Assembly: GCA_002269645.1 (NCBI GenBank)
Contig: NIVC01003240.1
Location: 45,448-109,447 of the forward strand
DNA from: Macrostomum lignano
Taxonomy: Eukaryota
DNA: 64,000 nt
Reading direction: 5' to 3'
Part shown: positions 1 to 12,392 of the stretch, in pieces
Position numbering within the stretch: position 1 is the first letter of the stretch
How the letters are laid out: every line of letters starts with the position of its first letter
Notes under the pieces: model-generated
Told to the model about the DNA's origin: nothing
Databases searched by the model: none
The model's input: the letters and a program-made list of their open reading frames with translations, nothing else
Made by a program: the position numbers and the translations under genes

Positions 1-89
1 CAGACTTTCATGTGGGATGTTACTACTTTGTGATGGCTTATATAGCTGAAACTGAAGCTGTGTTGTATGAATATTCAAAATTTTGTGAT

Positions 90-780
90 AATTTTAAGTT
101 AAGAAGTTTATCCATTCAAAAATATGAATACAATAAGCACATTTTATTATCATTGCTAGATTTGTTGCTATAAACAATTTTTGCCTCATATTCTCATATT
201 TAAGAGACTTTAAGCACTTCTGAACTATTCCATTGTACAAACAATGCATAGGATCAATAGGAAAATTAATTATCATATTAATAAATAACATGCTCAGACA
301 AACCATCAGATCAAAATTCTAAATCAATCTGCAAAAGAGCAAAAAGGTCACAAAAGGTGACATGAGCATTAAATTGTTTCTGCCATGCATCCACTGTAGC
401 CCTAGAAAGCCTTGGTGCCTTGTTTCCATTCTTGCTTGTAAAGCCATTTTGGGTTAAACTTGACAGCTCTATCACACAATCAACCATGAATTCACTGCTT
501 GTCCTTGGCTTCTCTTACTGCAATAAAGGATTATGATAAATGCAGACTGATAAATACTATTAATTTTCCAAGTAGAGGCCATATAGTAAATGTATCACTA
601 TTGTACATACAAATGCCATCCAAAAATAGATCAAAATCAATTGATTAAACAGTTAGATGTCTTGCATTTAGACATGACAAACTAAAGTCCTGACTCCAGG
701 CCAAAATGGTAGTACTTGCCAGGTGGGTACATTTCTCAATGACAAATGTGCTATAGACATTTGTGTCCTGAAGTTAGTAG
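90..780 (-). mobile_element. Degenerate DNA-transposon transposase remnant, CMC/EnSpm(CACTA)-like
   Basis: Manual minus-strand translation across stops and frameshifts gives, in order, GKYYHFGLESGL, DLFLDGICMYNSDTFTIWPLLGKL, GTKAF*GYSGC and FPIDPMHCLYNGIVQK. These resemble the NIDG..FWPILG, GY.GC and FP.D.MH...G motifs of animal CMC/EnSpm-type transposases. The family is assigned from remembered motifs, not a search. Confidence 0.6.
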
Positions 781-1031
781 GAAATCCTGCTATTTAAAGC
801 TATTGTTGTTGGTTTATTTTCTGAAGCCTAATCCTAGAGAATCCTGGTCCTGGTCCTCATCCGGATCTTCATAAAAGCAAGGTGAAAAATGGGCATGGTA
901 AAATACTAATAAACATGTTCAGTAGGAAACTGTCATTAACAATTTCTAAATAATGAAAGTTAGATTTCTTTGACTAACACTGCACTGCACTTCCCTCATT
1001 TCAGCTATTCTATCCACTACGTTCGTAAGCC

Positions 1032-3334
1032 ATGACTGAGCGCAAAGTGCTAAATAAGTACTATCCGCCCGACTATGACCCGTCCCGGATACCCAAACTG
1101 CCGCGGGACAAGAATAAGAGTCGCAATAATAAAACATTCAGTATTAGAACCATGGCCCCGTGCAATATGCGCTGCGCCTCGTGCGGCGAGTACATCTACA
1201 AGGCCAGAAAGTTCAATTCTAGAATGGAGATAGCCGAGGGCGAGACCTACATGGGCCTGAGGATCTACAGGTTCTACATCCGGTGTCCAGGCTGCTGCTC
1301 GGAAATTACTTGGAAGACCGACTTGGAGAATGGCGACTATACTATTGAGCACGGGGCTAAGCGCAATTTTGAGGTTTGTGCTTTCTTGTCTATCATTGCT
1401 CATTGCTTTATTAAACTGCGAAATATGGTATGGAACATCGAGAATTATCGCTCACTGAAGGACCAGATGGGGTGGAAGCATCGCTCACTGAATGACCAGA
1501 TGGGTGGGAGCATCGCTCACTGAAGGACCAGATGGGTGGGAGCATCGCTCACTGAATGACCAGATGGGGTGGGAGCATCGCTCACTGAATGACCAGATGG
1601 GTTGGAGCATCGCTCACTGAAGGACCAGATGGGTGGGAGCATCGCTCACTGAAGGACCAGATGGGGTGGGAGCATCGCTCACTGAATGACCAGATGGGGT
1701 GGGAGCATCGCTCACTGAATGACCAGATGGGGTGGGAGCATCGCTCACTGAAGGACCAGATGGGTGGGAGCATCGCTTACTGAATGACCAGATGGGGTGG
1801 GAGCATCGCTCACTGAATGACCAGATGGGTGGGAGCATCGCTCACTGAATGACCAGATGGGTGGGAGCATCGCTCACTGAATGACCAGATGGGGTGGGAG
1901 CATCGCTCACTGAATGACCAGATGGGTTGGAGCATCGCTCACTGAAGGACCAGATGGGTGGGAGCATCGCTCACTGAAGGACCAGATGGGGTGGGAGCAT
2001 CGCTCACTGAATGACCAGATGGGGTGGGAGCATCGCTCACTGAATGACCAGATGGGGTGGGAGCATCGCTCACTGAATGACCAGATGGGGTGGGAGCATC
2101 GCTCACTGAATGACCAGATGGGGTGGGAGCATCGCTCACTGAATGACCAGATGGGGTGGGAGCATCGCTCACTGAATGACCAGATGGGGTGGGAGCATCG
2201 CTCACTGATGGACCGGATGGGGTGGAAGCATCGCTCACTGAAGGACCAGATGGGGTGGGAGAAGCATCGCTCACTGATGGACCAGATGGGGTGGGAGCAT
2301 CGCTCACTGAAGGACCAGATGGGTGGGAGCATCGCTCACTGAATGACCAGATGGGGTGGGAGCATCGCTCACTGAATGACCAGATGGGGTGGGAGCATCG
2401 CTCACTGAATGACCAGATGGGGTGGGAGCATCGCTCACTGAAGGACCGGATGGGGTGGGAGCATCGCTCACTGAAGGACCGGATGGGGTGGGAGCATCGC
2501 TCACTGAAGGACCAGATGGGGTGGGAGAAGCATCGCTCACTGATGAACCAGATGGGGTGGGAGAAGCATCGCTCACTGATGGACCCGATGGGGTGGGAGA
2601 AGCATCGCTCACTGATGGACCAGATGGGGTGGGAGAAGCATCGCTCACTGATGGACCAGATGGGGTGGGAGAAGCATCGCTCACTGATGGACCAGATGGG
2701 GTGGGAGAAGCATCGCTCACTGATGGACCAGATGGGGTGGGAGAAGCATCACTCACTGAAGGAAGGACCAGAGGCACGGAAACATCATTCAGCCAATTAA
2801 AGAAGGTCATATGCTGCGTAGTCTACTATAAGTAGTGTAGTTTATGCTCTGTCGTTATTTTAATTCAGCTTGTATTTACCACAGGCCCTCCGCACCGCCG
2901 AGATGCTGGAACGCAAGCGTCTGGAAGAGGAGGAGGCCGAAGACGCCAAGGACCCCATGAAGCAGCTGGAGAAGCGGACCAGCCAATCTAAACGCGAAAT
3001 GGAAATGCTGGAAACTCTGCAAGATGTTAAAGAGCTCAACAAGCGCAACGCCGGCTCCGATATCGTGGACACGGTCATCCGCGATGTGGAGTCGCGCAGG
3101 ATTACCGAGGAGCAGCAGGTGGAGGACGAGGATGCCAGACTGGCCAGGGAGCTCATGCTCAGTGCTAAACGACCTCGCCTAGCTGGTCCGTCCACCTCGT
3201 CAACGTCGTCCACATCGGCCGGGCCGTCTGGCAGTTCGGCCAGATCAACGGGTCCGGCTTCGTCGATTCGCGATTTGTTGAAAGGCTCGGTTCGGGTGAA
3301 GCCTGCCGCTGCTGCTGCTGCAAAGAAGAATTGA
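1032..3334 (+). CDS. YJU2: Splicing factor YJU2/CCDC94; join(1032..1373,2885..3334), 263 aa
   Basis: N-terminus [17 protein letters not shown], zinc-binding CxxC pairs (CASC, CPGC) and [11 protein letters not shown] are characteristic of the family. GT at 1374 and CAG at 2882-2884 join in phase 0 to [12 protein letters not shown]...[10 protein letters not shown]...[19 protein letters not shown], which matches the CCDC94 coiled coil. Confidence 0.93.
1447..2770. repeat. Minisatellite, ~33-bp unit ATGGGGTGGGAGCATCGCTCACTGAATGACCAG, ~40 copies, inside the YJU2 intron
   Basis: Directly visible tandem array with 32-36 bp variants. Confidence 0.97.
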
Positions 3335-3660
3335 AATTTGACCGACTAGTGATTATTTTGCGAGACTTAATGTACTTTTTTAGTGTTTAATATGCCATAA
3401 AGCAGGAATCAGATGGAGCGCTAATCTGAGCCCTGTCCGCTCGTTCTATTCTATTTGCAGTTCATTGCTTACATAAAAACTTCGAGTACAGACAGTCTGG
3501 TCTGGTCAAAACTGATGGACCGATGGTTAATAAGCAAGCGTATCTGCTCGGACTTGCTTATAAAATTTATAGTACTCGTACCAACAGATTTTATGGGGGG
3601 TGACAGTTACTGCTTTGATAGCTAAGCCGATAAAGTATAGAATCCCCGAATCCCCACTCT

Positions 3661-3965
3661 GCAGAACTGCTCTCGGCCATAGACAATAAAGCCAATCAAC
3701 GCCGCTGCCACAGAACTGCTCTCGGCCATAGACAATAAAGCCAATCAATGCCACTGCCACACAACTGATCAATGCCACTGTCACAGAACTGCTCTCGGCC
3801 ATAGACAATAAAGCCAATCAAAGCCACTGCCACACAACTGCTCTCGGCCATAGACAATAAAGCCAATCGAAGCCACTGCCACACAACTGCTCTCGGCCAT
3901 AGACAATAAAGCCAATCGAAGCCACTGCCACACAACTGCTCTCGGTCATAGACAATAAAGCCAAG
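3661..3965. repeat. Minisatellite, ~49-50-bp unit (GAACTGCTCTCGGCCATAGACAATAAAGCCAATC...GCCACA), ~6 copies
   Basis: Directly visible tandem copies. Confidence 0.93.
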
Positions 3966-4471
3966 ACAGACGGACGGATAGACAGACACGACAGATGTGA
4001 CCAAAAGAGCAAACCCGTCAAAGCCGACTATTTGTCTTTTTCATGTTTGATTTTCACTTTTTTACTTTAATTAACAGGAGCAACATGGTAAAGAATAGGC
4101 AAACGAATCTAAATCAATCATAGCTGGAGTGATTGGTGAAATTTGACTTTGTCTGTCAGTTCTACTGTACGAGTGTGTTTGTAAATTTGGTCTAACCAAT
4201 AAATATAAAGCTGGCTACTTCTGCTTCTGAGCATCGTTGTGTATACAGTAATTAATCTCTCCTTTTTATTGTCTTCTATTTAATCTAGATCTGCATAAAT
4301 CGTTCATTGTAAAAAGCGATATCTTTGGAAAATAATTTCCAGCTGTTGCAACTAGAAAGAAAATTGTGTGTTTAATCGGGATTAGTGGAGGTTATATACT
4401 CTTAGACAGGATTTAATAAGATTATTTGTCCTTTCCTGTTCCCGTGCATTGGTAATTAGCATTGGCGACTG

Positions 4472-5250
4472 GCCAGTGTGCTCAGAGGTCTCTGCCATCA
4501 AGATTCCCAGTGTGCTCAGAGGTCTCTGCCATCAAGATTCCCAGTGTGCTCAAAGGTCTCTGCCATCAAGATTCCCAGTGTGCTTAGAAGTGTCTGTCAT
4601 CAAGATTCCCAGTGTGCTCAGAGGTCTCCGTCATCAAGATTCCCAGTGTGCTCAGAGGTCTCCGTCATCAAGATTCCCAGTGTGCTCAGAGGTCTCTGCC
4701 ATCAAGATTCCCAGTGTGCTCAGAGGTCTCTGTCATCAAGATTCCCAGTGTGCTCAGAGGTGTCTGTCATCAAGATTCCCAGTGTGCTCAGAGGTGTCTG
4801 TCATCAAGATTCCCAGTGTGCTCAGAGGTGTCTGTCATCAAGATTCCCAGTGTGCTCAGAGGTCTCCGTCATCAAGATTCCCAGTGTGCTCAGAGGTCTA
4901 TGCCATCAAGATTCCCAGTGTGCTCAGAGATGTCTGTCATCAAGATTTCCAGTGTGCTCAGAGGTGTCTGTCATCAAGATTCCCAGTGTGCTCAGAGGTC
5001 TATGCCATCAAGATTCCCAGTGTGCTCAGAGGTGTCTGTCATCAAGCATTCCCAGTGTGCTCAGAGGTCTCTGCCATCAAGATTCCCAGTGTGATTAGAA
5101 GTGTCTGCCATCAAGCATTCCCAGTGTGCTCAGAGGTGTCTGTCATCAAGCATTCCCAGTGTGCTCAGAGGTGTCTGTCATCAAGATTCCCAGTGTGCTC
5201 AGAGGTGTCTGTCATCAAGATTCCCAGTGTGCTCAGAGGTGACTGTCATA
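4472..5250. repeat. Minisatellite, 34-bp unit CCAGTGTGCTCAGAGGTCTCTGCCATCAAGATTC, ~23 copies
   Basis: Directly visible tandem array. Confidence 0.97.
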
Positions 5251-6652
5251 AAGATTTTCTGCGTGCTTTGGTCCCTATATATGGTCAAACTATAGTGCTA
5301 TCGTAAGAATACATTTCAAATGAGGTTGTAAACAAATAAACGAGGTATAAAGCACGTGCTCACATCACGAAAGAGGGAACAGTAAGATAAATATAACGGA
5401 TAAAAATGCCCGGAGCTGAGTTCACCTGATAATATCGGGAATGCTGCTGTTTCTCTTTTTTCTAGATATGAATATGCGCTAACTAACGTGTTATTGCAAG
5501 GAAAAAAACGATACGTATCAACATTTCGTACAGTATGGCTATCGCAGCTAATATATGAAATTGACATTATTTCATAACAGAACAATATAACAACTATTTC
5601 AATCTGAGGGGGTTACTTCGCCTTTTGCAGCGAAATCTGTTGACGATAAAATGGCTCCATGGGTTCCTGGGTAGCCATGTAAACTAATGTGAAAGGGGTT
5701 AACTTCTCTCCCAAAAGCTGACCCCAAGTTGTTACAGGGCTGACCTAATCTCAGCTGTTCTCACCAATTTTTACGTAGGGTTATCTTCTAATGTGATATC
5801 TTGATGTACTTTTTAACACTGTACTATGTACTGGTAGTGTATCAGGTAAAGTCAATAGCGTATTATGTATTATTGGCCTGAGCGGTCTTTATGGCTAGTG
5901 CTAGTGCTAGATCTAGTGCTAGTGCTAGTATAAAGCACTAGCCCTGAGGCTGATTATCAATTTCGTCTCCAAATATGATAGTTGGAGAGGTACCAAGAAC
6001 TCAATTGAGCGTGAGAAGAAACCAGGATCAAAAGAGTTTATTTTATTTGGCTTGCAGTCTGCTTCTATTTATACTAAGAAATGCCCTTACTGTTTAAAAC
6101 GAAATTATGGGATAATAAATAATTTTTTTATTCGTAAAGTTTAAGTACCGTTTTCTAAGAAGTGCAAATTAAGCCTACTTAACTAAGCCACCTAGTCACA
6201 TGTTGGACCTTAATGTGAAAGAACTTTTAAGATCCTGCAAATGGAAAAGGCTCTGTGGAGAAAGCAACCAACCAGACCATATATTCTACTGCCTGCTACC
6301 AGAGTTCAAATCTCAGCATAGGGCTTGTGAAACCGTAGGATTTCTAAACACGGTGGTAATGGTATGTCAACATCAGTGTCAAGAGAGGGGAATTTTACGT
6401 CTTCCTTCAACGGTGAATTTGATATTTTTACAGGTAGAGCTGGCGATGTTGACAAACTAGTCCTGGTCGAGTTTCGCCTTCGAAAATAGCGAGCGTAATC
6501 GTCAGCGTAGCGTTTGTACTAGCGAGGAGCACCACAAAGGAGAGCCATCCCTAGTTCTTTTGCTTGTTTTGTTCCATCTTTGAGAGAGCACAAAGGCACA
6601 AACCTTGAGCGCGCCGGATTGCTATTGGGAAGTTTCAAAGACCTTAGGGTAG

Positions 6653-6735
6653 TGCTTGTCGTCACATTGTAATGCTTGTCGTCACACTGTAATGCTTGCC
6701 GTCACACTGTAACGCTTGTCGTCACACTAAAGCTT
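6653..6735. repeat. Short array, 20-bp unit TGCTTGTCGTCACACTGTAA, ~4 copies
   Basis: Directly visible. Confidence 0.85.
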
Positions 6736-8346
6736 GTTGCAATACCGGCTGCTCAGTCGGAATCGTGAGACAAACAGAGCGGGCCGGCACGACTCACCAC
6801 CCACACCCATCGCCCGCCACCAACATACAGGCAAGAACAAAGTATGCGAGCGCTTCTCCCCTCGATGCGTTCAACGCACTGAATTACTCAAAGGGGTGAT
6901 GGACACAATATTGCAATGTTGCGAAAACCGGTCTGCCGCAGTATTTGCTGCCAGATGAATAGTAAATCGGCAGTATAGGGACAAGAAGCCAAATTGCCTG
7001 CGCAATTAAAGCAACCGTATGCAGCGTCGAAATTATGCTCCTTAAAGACAAGTACAATACGAGCACCACGATAAATGCTATTCTTTATGCACCTACAGGT
7101 ATAATTGCTGTGGCTTGCGCACCTGGCACCTCTCTGATGTTTTAGCCATCTGGCATAGCGACGCTTTTTAGACGCGCACAGTTTGAAGAAGAAGCGCACC
7201 TGCTTCTCCTAGAATTGGATAATTATAAAAGCCTTCAATATATAATATCGCACCAGGAAGCGATGAGAGTGGGGATAGTTCTGTCTCCAGAGGGGGGGGG
7301 GTTAAAGATACGTTTTCGCTGGACACAGAGATTGCCGTCAAAAATCTTCTAAAGTGTGTCTGTTGACTCGGTGCACAAAAGGCTTAAAAAGTTATACTCG
7401 TACATTTATTATAAAGCGCTGGGTACTAGCCGCACGATTTTATTGTTTATTGCTAAGTACATTACATAATGCAGCCCGAAGTGCAATCTATGGCTACTTC
7501 GGTAGTTAGAAGAATCTTGCAAGATATGTTCATAATCATAGATTATACTCGCAGAGGTGTTTCTTAATAATTCTCATGCTTAAGTTTTTGTAAGATTCGA
7601 GTAACTTAAATCTTTGATAATCTTAGTAAAATTGGAATTCTGTTTAAATTAGTTTTGTACCCGTACTGAAATATTTCGGCAGGTATAGCTTTCAGCAGGG
7701 TAACCAAGACTGTACATGTAGGTAGGAAAGTTCGTGTGCTCAGGAGTCAGAGCTTGTTGCGGGACGATGTTACCGAAGCCATTGCACCAGGGTGCTTGTA
7801 GCCCTCATTCAAATATTTATGCATGTATGATAGCAAAGAACCGCTGGCTTAGAAATTTCCTAATTTAAATATTTATTCGAGAATGAAAAGATTTCAGATA
7901 GTGGTTCTAGAAAAACTTGGGGTAAAATTCTTTCGCTTGGCTTCTTGCTGGCGAAATACTTGTGCTCTGTAGACTTCCTTTAATCCACAATTGCCGATGG
8001 GAGTCCACTTTGAATTTATAAGCGCGACTGACTTTACTTGCTTTATTAGAAGAAACTCGGCGCTTTCTTGAAGCATATTTTTCAAAAAACGTCAGAACAG
8101 AACAGAACGCAGAAAATATGATTATACTCGTAGAACTTCGTTCAATCAAATGCGCGACGAATACGTACAACTGCGTGCACACGTTTCACAATCGTAGGTG
8201 CAACCATCTGTAGGTGCAGTTGATACGATATAAAAATTAGAAACAATATTTGCTTTTCGATTCTTTTCGATATGATTAAATTTGATATTAACGAATTATT
8301 GGCATTCGTCCAGTGGATCTACTAATCAAGGAACTGTCATTGTCCC

Positions 8347-9390
8347 CTATACTGTTGTCTCGTGAACAATGTAAGCCCAGGATTGCTTTTTCTCGCTTCT
8401 GTGGTTGCCATGGGCAACGAAGACCGTTTCGGCTGGAGCCGCCGACTGGCGCCGCCGTTTACTGCGATGCTGCCGGACAGCAGCGAGGCCGGTGGTGCAG
8501 GCCAGCAGCCCGAAGTTGAACAGCGAGTCCAGCTCAACCAGGGTGTTCACTACGAGCTCTGTCACCGGAGTCTTGCTTCGTACAAAGCCGCACACGTCTG
8601 TCGGACTTTCCAGCAGGAGGCAGGTGACTGACAGGGCCACGACAAGGCGCACGGCCTGCTTCTCGTGGCGATGCATCTGGCTCCGGCGTCGATTATTTGA
8701 GTCGCCTTTGGTCGCCGCCGATGCCGGTAAGATGGCGGTGTTGTCCAAGTTGGCCTGCGGTCGAGCGGTGGCCGCTTTGCGCAGGGCGCAGACGGTCAGG
8801 CAGGTGGCGGTGAACACTGAGACGATGGGCAGGATGCCTTGGTAGGTGTAGAAGACGATCTCCACAATGTGCTCATGTCGCATCGGCGCCTGCTGAGCTG
8901 CCGACTCCTGCGCCAGCACCATCAGGATGCTGAGACAGAGCGCCACCGTGCCGGCTGCCGTCTCCATGGCAACCAGGTGAGTCGGCTTGAATGCCGAGTC
9001 GGAGCGGACGGCCAGCGGACAGCAGACGGCCTCGACGCGAGACCACGAGATGAAGCCCATTGTCCAGTTCCGCATGGTAAGGGAGAACCGCAGCAGCACG
9101 GAGAGCGCGGTGGGCCCGACGCCCTGCTGCGAAGACTGAGCCAGGTGCCGGGCGTAGAAGGTGATGACGGAGCCGTGGAACAGGGCCTCGAAGGCCGACA
9201 TGGCGGCGAGGAGCCGGCGCAGCACCGGGTGCACCGGGGCGCTGGCTCTGGTGAAGAAGACCAGCGCTACGATTGAGCAGGCGGCGTTCACGGCCGACAG
9301 CGGAATGTAGGTGAGCGGCTCCAGCGGGTGCACCGCGACTGGCAGGATGGAAGAGGCGTTGCTATGCGCGAATTCCCGAGCAGCTTCCAT
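8347..9390 (-). CDS. Intronless divergent rhodopsin-like (class A) orphan GPCR
   Basis: About seven hydrophobic segments, N-terminal NAS sequon, TM3 end SRVEAVCCPL, basic TM5-6 loop ending EKQAVRLVVALSVTCLLLESP, TM7 DSLFNFGLL. First ATG is at 9390 (the ORF track starts at GTG 9429). Confidence 0.8.
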   Translation of the reverse strand: MEAAREFAHSNASSILPVAVHPLEPLTYIPLSAVNAACSIVALVFFTRASAPVHPVLRRLLAAMSAFEALFHGSVITFYARHLAQSSQQGVGPTALSVLLRFSLTMRNWTMGFISWSRVEAVCCPLAVRSDSAFKPTHLVAMETAAGTVALCLSILMVLAQESAAQQAPMRHEHIVEIVFYTYQGILPIVSVFTATCLTVCALRKAATARPQANLDNTAILPASAATKGDSNNRRRSQMHRHEKQAVRLVVALSVTCLLLESPTDVCGFVRSKTPVTELVVNTLVELDSLFNFGLLACTTGLAAVRQHRSKRRRQSAAPAETVFVAHGNHRSEKKQSWAYIVHETTV

Positions 9391-10020
9391 GACAGTGATG
9401 CGATTATCGAGGCTAAAACAGAGCTCCACTTTCTTGAGTGGATATAATAAAATTCGGTCGTATTTCAGTTGGAGCAGCCCCTGATTATATTAGCCAATAC
9501 GCGATCAGGGAGGAGCCCAGCCAATCAATTTGGGTAGCTTAGCACTACGGAATTAACTGGCCAGAGGTCTCTCCATTGTAGAATCGAAGTAATGCGCGGC
9601 AAATGAGGAAAAATTGTGTGAGCCCAGCTCGGCTCTCTCTAGGCCCGCACTTGGAGCGGTAATAAGTGGAGCGAACGCCGATGCGGTCTCTGCTTTTATC
9701 GTGCGCATATCTGATTAGGGCGAAGCCGACGCCTTGGCCAAGTTCTTCCGCTGGCCTCCAGCTTGTTGGGATCGAACAAAACGCAGCAAACCGGTTTACT
9801 TGGTTTAACAAATGAATGCCGAAAAGTTGAAGCCACATCGAAATGTACTTTTTTCGTTCTTTGGCTGGCTTTGATCGATCTATTTTTTTCACGAGCTAGT
9901 CAAGCGCTTATAACTGCTTATTCGTGTGTGAATAATCTAGTTAACTGAATGCGTTTAGGCTTATATGGTTTCAATGACTTCCTTAGTATATCCCTGGCTT
10001 AACATCGTGAGTGATTAGAG

Positions 10021-10200
10021 CAGGGGTCGAAAATCTTTTTTTTCACCTCGGAGGGCAAGATAAAGAATTCAGCCGATGCCCATGGCTACGGATGAGAAAA
10101 GAAAGACGAGAAAATACACTGGTAGATTATTTGAGATGGGAGAGAGGGGAGAGAGGAGAGAGGAGTGAAGAGAAAGAGCTGAGAAGAGACCATAGCCGGA
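10021..10200 (+). mobile_element. Fragment of a hAT-like MITE family with a GA-rich internal tract (one terminus)
   Basis: Starts CAGGGGTCGAAAATC. GA-rich tract ends GAGCTGAGAAGAGA, shared with 28363-28585 (reverse) and 44030-44170. Confidence 0.35.
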
Positions 10201-10404
10201 CTACTACACGATTATGAAGTTTCAAAGGCTTCGCCGATAAAGAGGCTTCGCTTGCCGGAGAGTTTGCCGACCCTTGGAGTAGAGTCTTGTTTACTCATTC
10301 TGATACATTGAAACACTTGATTCCAGCTCTGTGATTGCGCAAAGTTTCAGAACAGTAACTTGTCCGCCTCTATACGTACCTCTAACAGTCTGTAAGTATG
10401 AGCT

Positions 10405-12392
10405 CTAGCCTCTATCTCGCTTATCTCCCTGCCTCTACCTCGCTTATCTCCCTGCCTCTATCTCTCTTATCTTCCTGTCTCTATCTCGCTTATCTTCCTG
10501 TCTCTATCTCGCTTATCTCCCTGCCTCTATCTCTCTTATCTTCCTGTCTCTATCTCGCTTATCTCCCTGTCTCTATCTCGCTTATCTCCCTGCCTCTATC
10601 TCGCTTATCTCCCTGTCTCTATCTCGCTTATCTCCCTGCCTCTACCTCGCTTATCTCCCTGCCTCTATCTCGCTTATCTCCCTGCCTCTACCTCGCTTAT
10701 CTCCCTGCCTCTACCTCGCTTATCTCCCTGCCTCTACCTCGCTTATCTCCTTGCCTCTACCTCGCTTATCTCGCTTATCTCCCTGTCTCTATCTCGCTTA
10801 TCTCCCTGCCTCTACCTCTCTTATCTCCCTGTCTCTATCTCGCTTATCTCGCTTATCTCCCTGTCTCTATTTCGCTTATCTCCCTGTCTCTATCTCGCTT
10901 ATCTCCCTGTCTCTATCTCGCTTATCTCCCTGTCTCTATCTCGCTTATCTCCCTGTCTATCTCGCTTATCTCCCTGCCTCTACCTCGCTTATCTCCCTGC
11001 CTCTATCTCGCTTATCTCCCTGCCTCTACCTCGCTTATCTCCCTGCCTCTACCTCGCTTATCTCCCTGCCTCTACCTCGCTTATCTCCCTGCCTCTACCT
11101 CGCTTATCTCCTTGCCTCTACCTCGCTTATCTCGCTTATCTCCCTGTCTCTATCTCGCTTATCTCCCTGCCTCTACCTCTCTTATCTCCTTGTCTCTATC
11201 CCTCTTATCTCCCTGTCTCTATCTCGCTTATCTCGCTTATCTCCCTGTCTCTATTTCGCTTATCTCCCTGTCTCTATCTCGCTTATCTCCCTGTCTCTAT
11301 CTCGCTTATCTCCCTGTCTATCTCGCTTATCTCCCTGCCTCTACCTCGCTTATCTCCCTGCCTCTATCTCGCTTATCTCCCTGCCTCTACCTCTCTTATC
11401 TCCCTGCCTCTACCTCGCTTATCTCCCTGCCTCTACCTCGCTTATCTCCCTGCCTCTACCTCGCTTATCTCCCTGTCTCTATCTCGCTTATCTCCCTGTC
11501 TATCTCGCTTATCTCCCTGCCTCTACCTCGCTTATCTCCCTGCCTCTATCTCGCTTATCTCCCTGCCTCTACCTCGCTTATCTCCCTGCCTCTACCTCGC
11601 TTATCTCCCTGCCTCTACCTCGCTTATCTCCCTGCCTCTACCTCGCTTATCTCCTTGCCTCTACCTCGCTTATCTCGCTTATCTCCCTGTCTCTATCTCG
11701 CTTATCTCCCTGCCTCTACCTCTCTTATCTCCTTGTCTCTATCCCTCTTATCTCCCTGTCTCTATCTCGCTTATCTCGCTTATCTCCCTGTCTCTATTTC
11801 GCTTATCTCCCTGTCTATCTCGCTTATCTCCCTGCCTCTACCTCGCTTATCTCCCTGCCTCTATCTCGCTTATCTCCCTGCCTCTACCTCTCTTATCTCC
11901 CTGCCTCTACCTCGCTTATCTCCCTGCCTCTACCTCGCTTATCTCCCTGCCTCTACCTCGCTTATCTCCTTGCCTCTACCTCGCTTATCTCCCTGCCTCT
12001 ATCTCGCTTATCTCCCTGCCTCTACCTCGCTTATCTCCTTGTCTCTATCCCTCTTATCTCCCTGCCTCTACCTCGCTTATCTCCCTGCCTCTATCTCGCT
12101 TATCTCCCTGCCTCTACCTCTCTTATCTCCTTGTCTCTATCCCTCTTATCTTCCTGTCTCTACCTACAGTATCTCCCTGCCTCTATCTCTCTTATCTTTC
12201 CGCCTCTACCTCTCTTATCTTCCTGTCTCTACCTCTCTTATCTCCCTGTTTTTATCTCTCTTATCTCCTGGTCTCTACCTCTCTTATCTTTCCGCCTCTA
12301 CCTCTCTTATCTCCCTGTTTTTATCTCTCTTATCTCCCTGTTTTTATCTCTCTTATCTCCCTGTTTTTATCTCTCTTATCTCCCTGTCTCTA
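10405..12392. repeat. Pyrimidine-rich minisatellite, ~23-bp unit CTCTATCTCGCTTATCTCCCTGC, degenerating at the 3' end
   Basis: Directly visible array; explains the 674-aa and 560-aa L/S/P ORFs. Confidence 0.97.

Noticed and set aside
1374-2835. YJU2 ORF read-through and WEHRSL-repeat ORFs
   Set aside because: Intronic minisatellite translations; the YJU2 homology resumes at 2885.
5892-5943. CTAGTG-rich quasi-palindrome
   Set aside because: Low-complexity (CTAGTG)n with only a 10-bp inverted match; no TSD.
6200-7250. Patchy coding-like sequence with splice-like signals
   Set aside because: No consistent frame or recognisable motif; possibly a decayed TE or gene, but unsupported.
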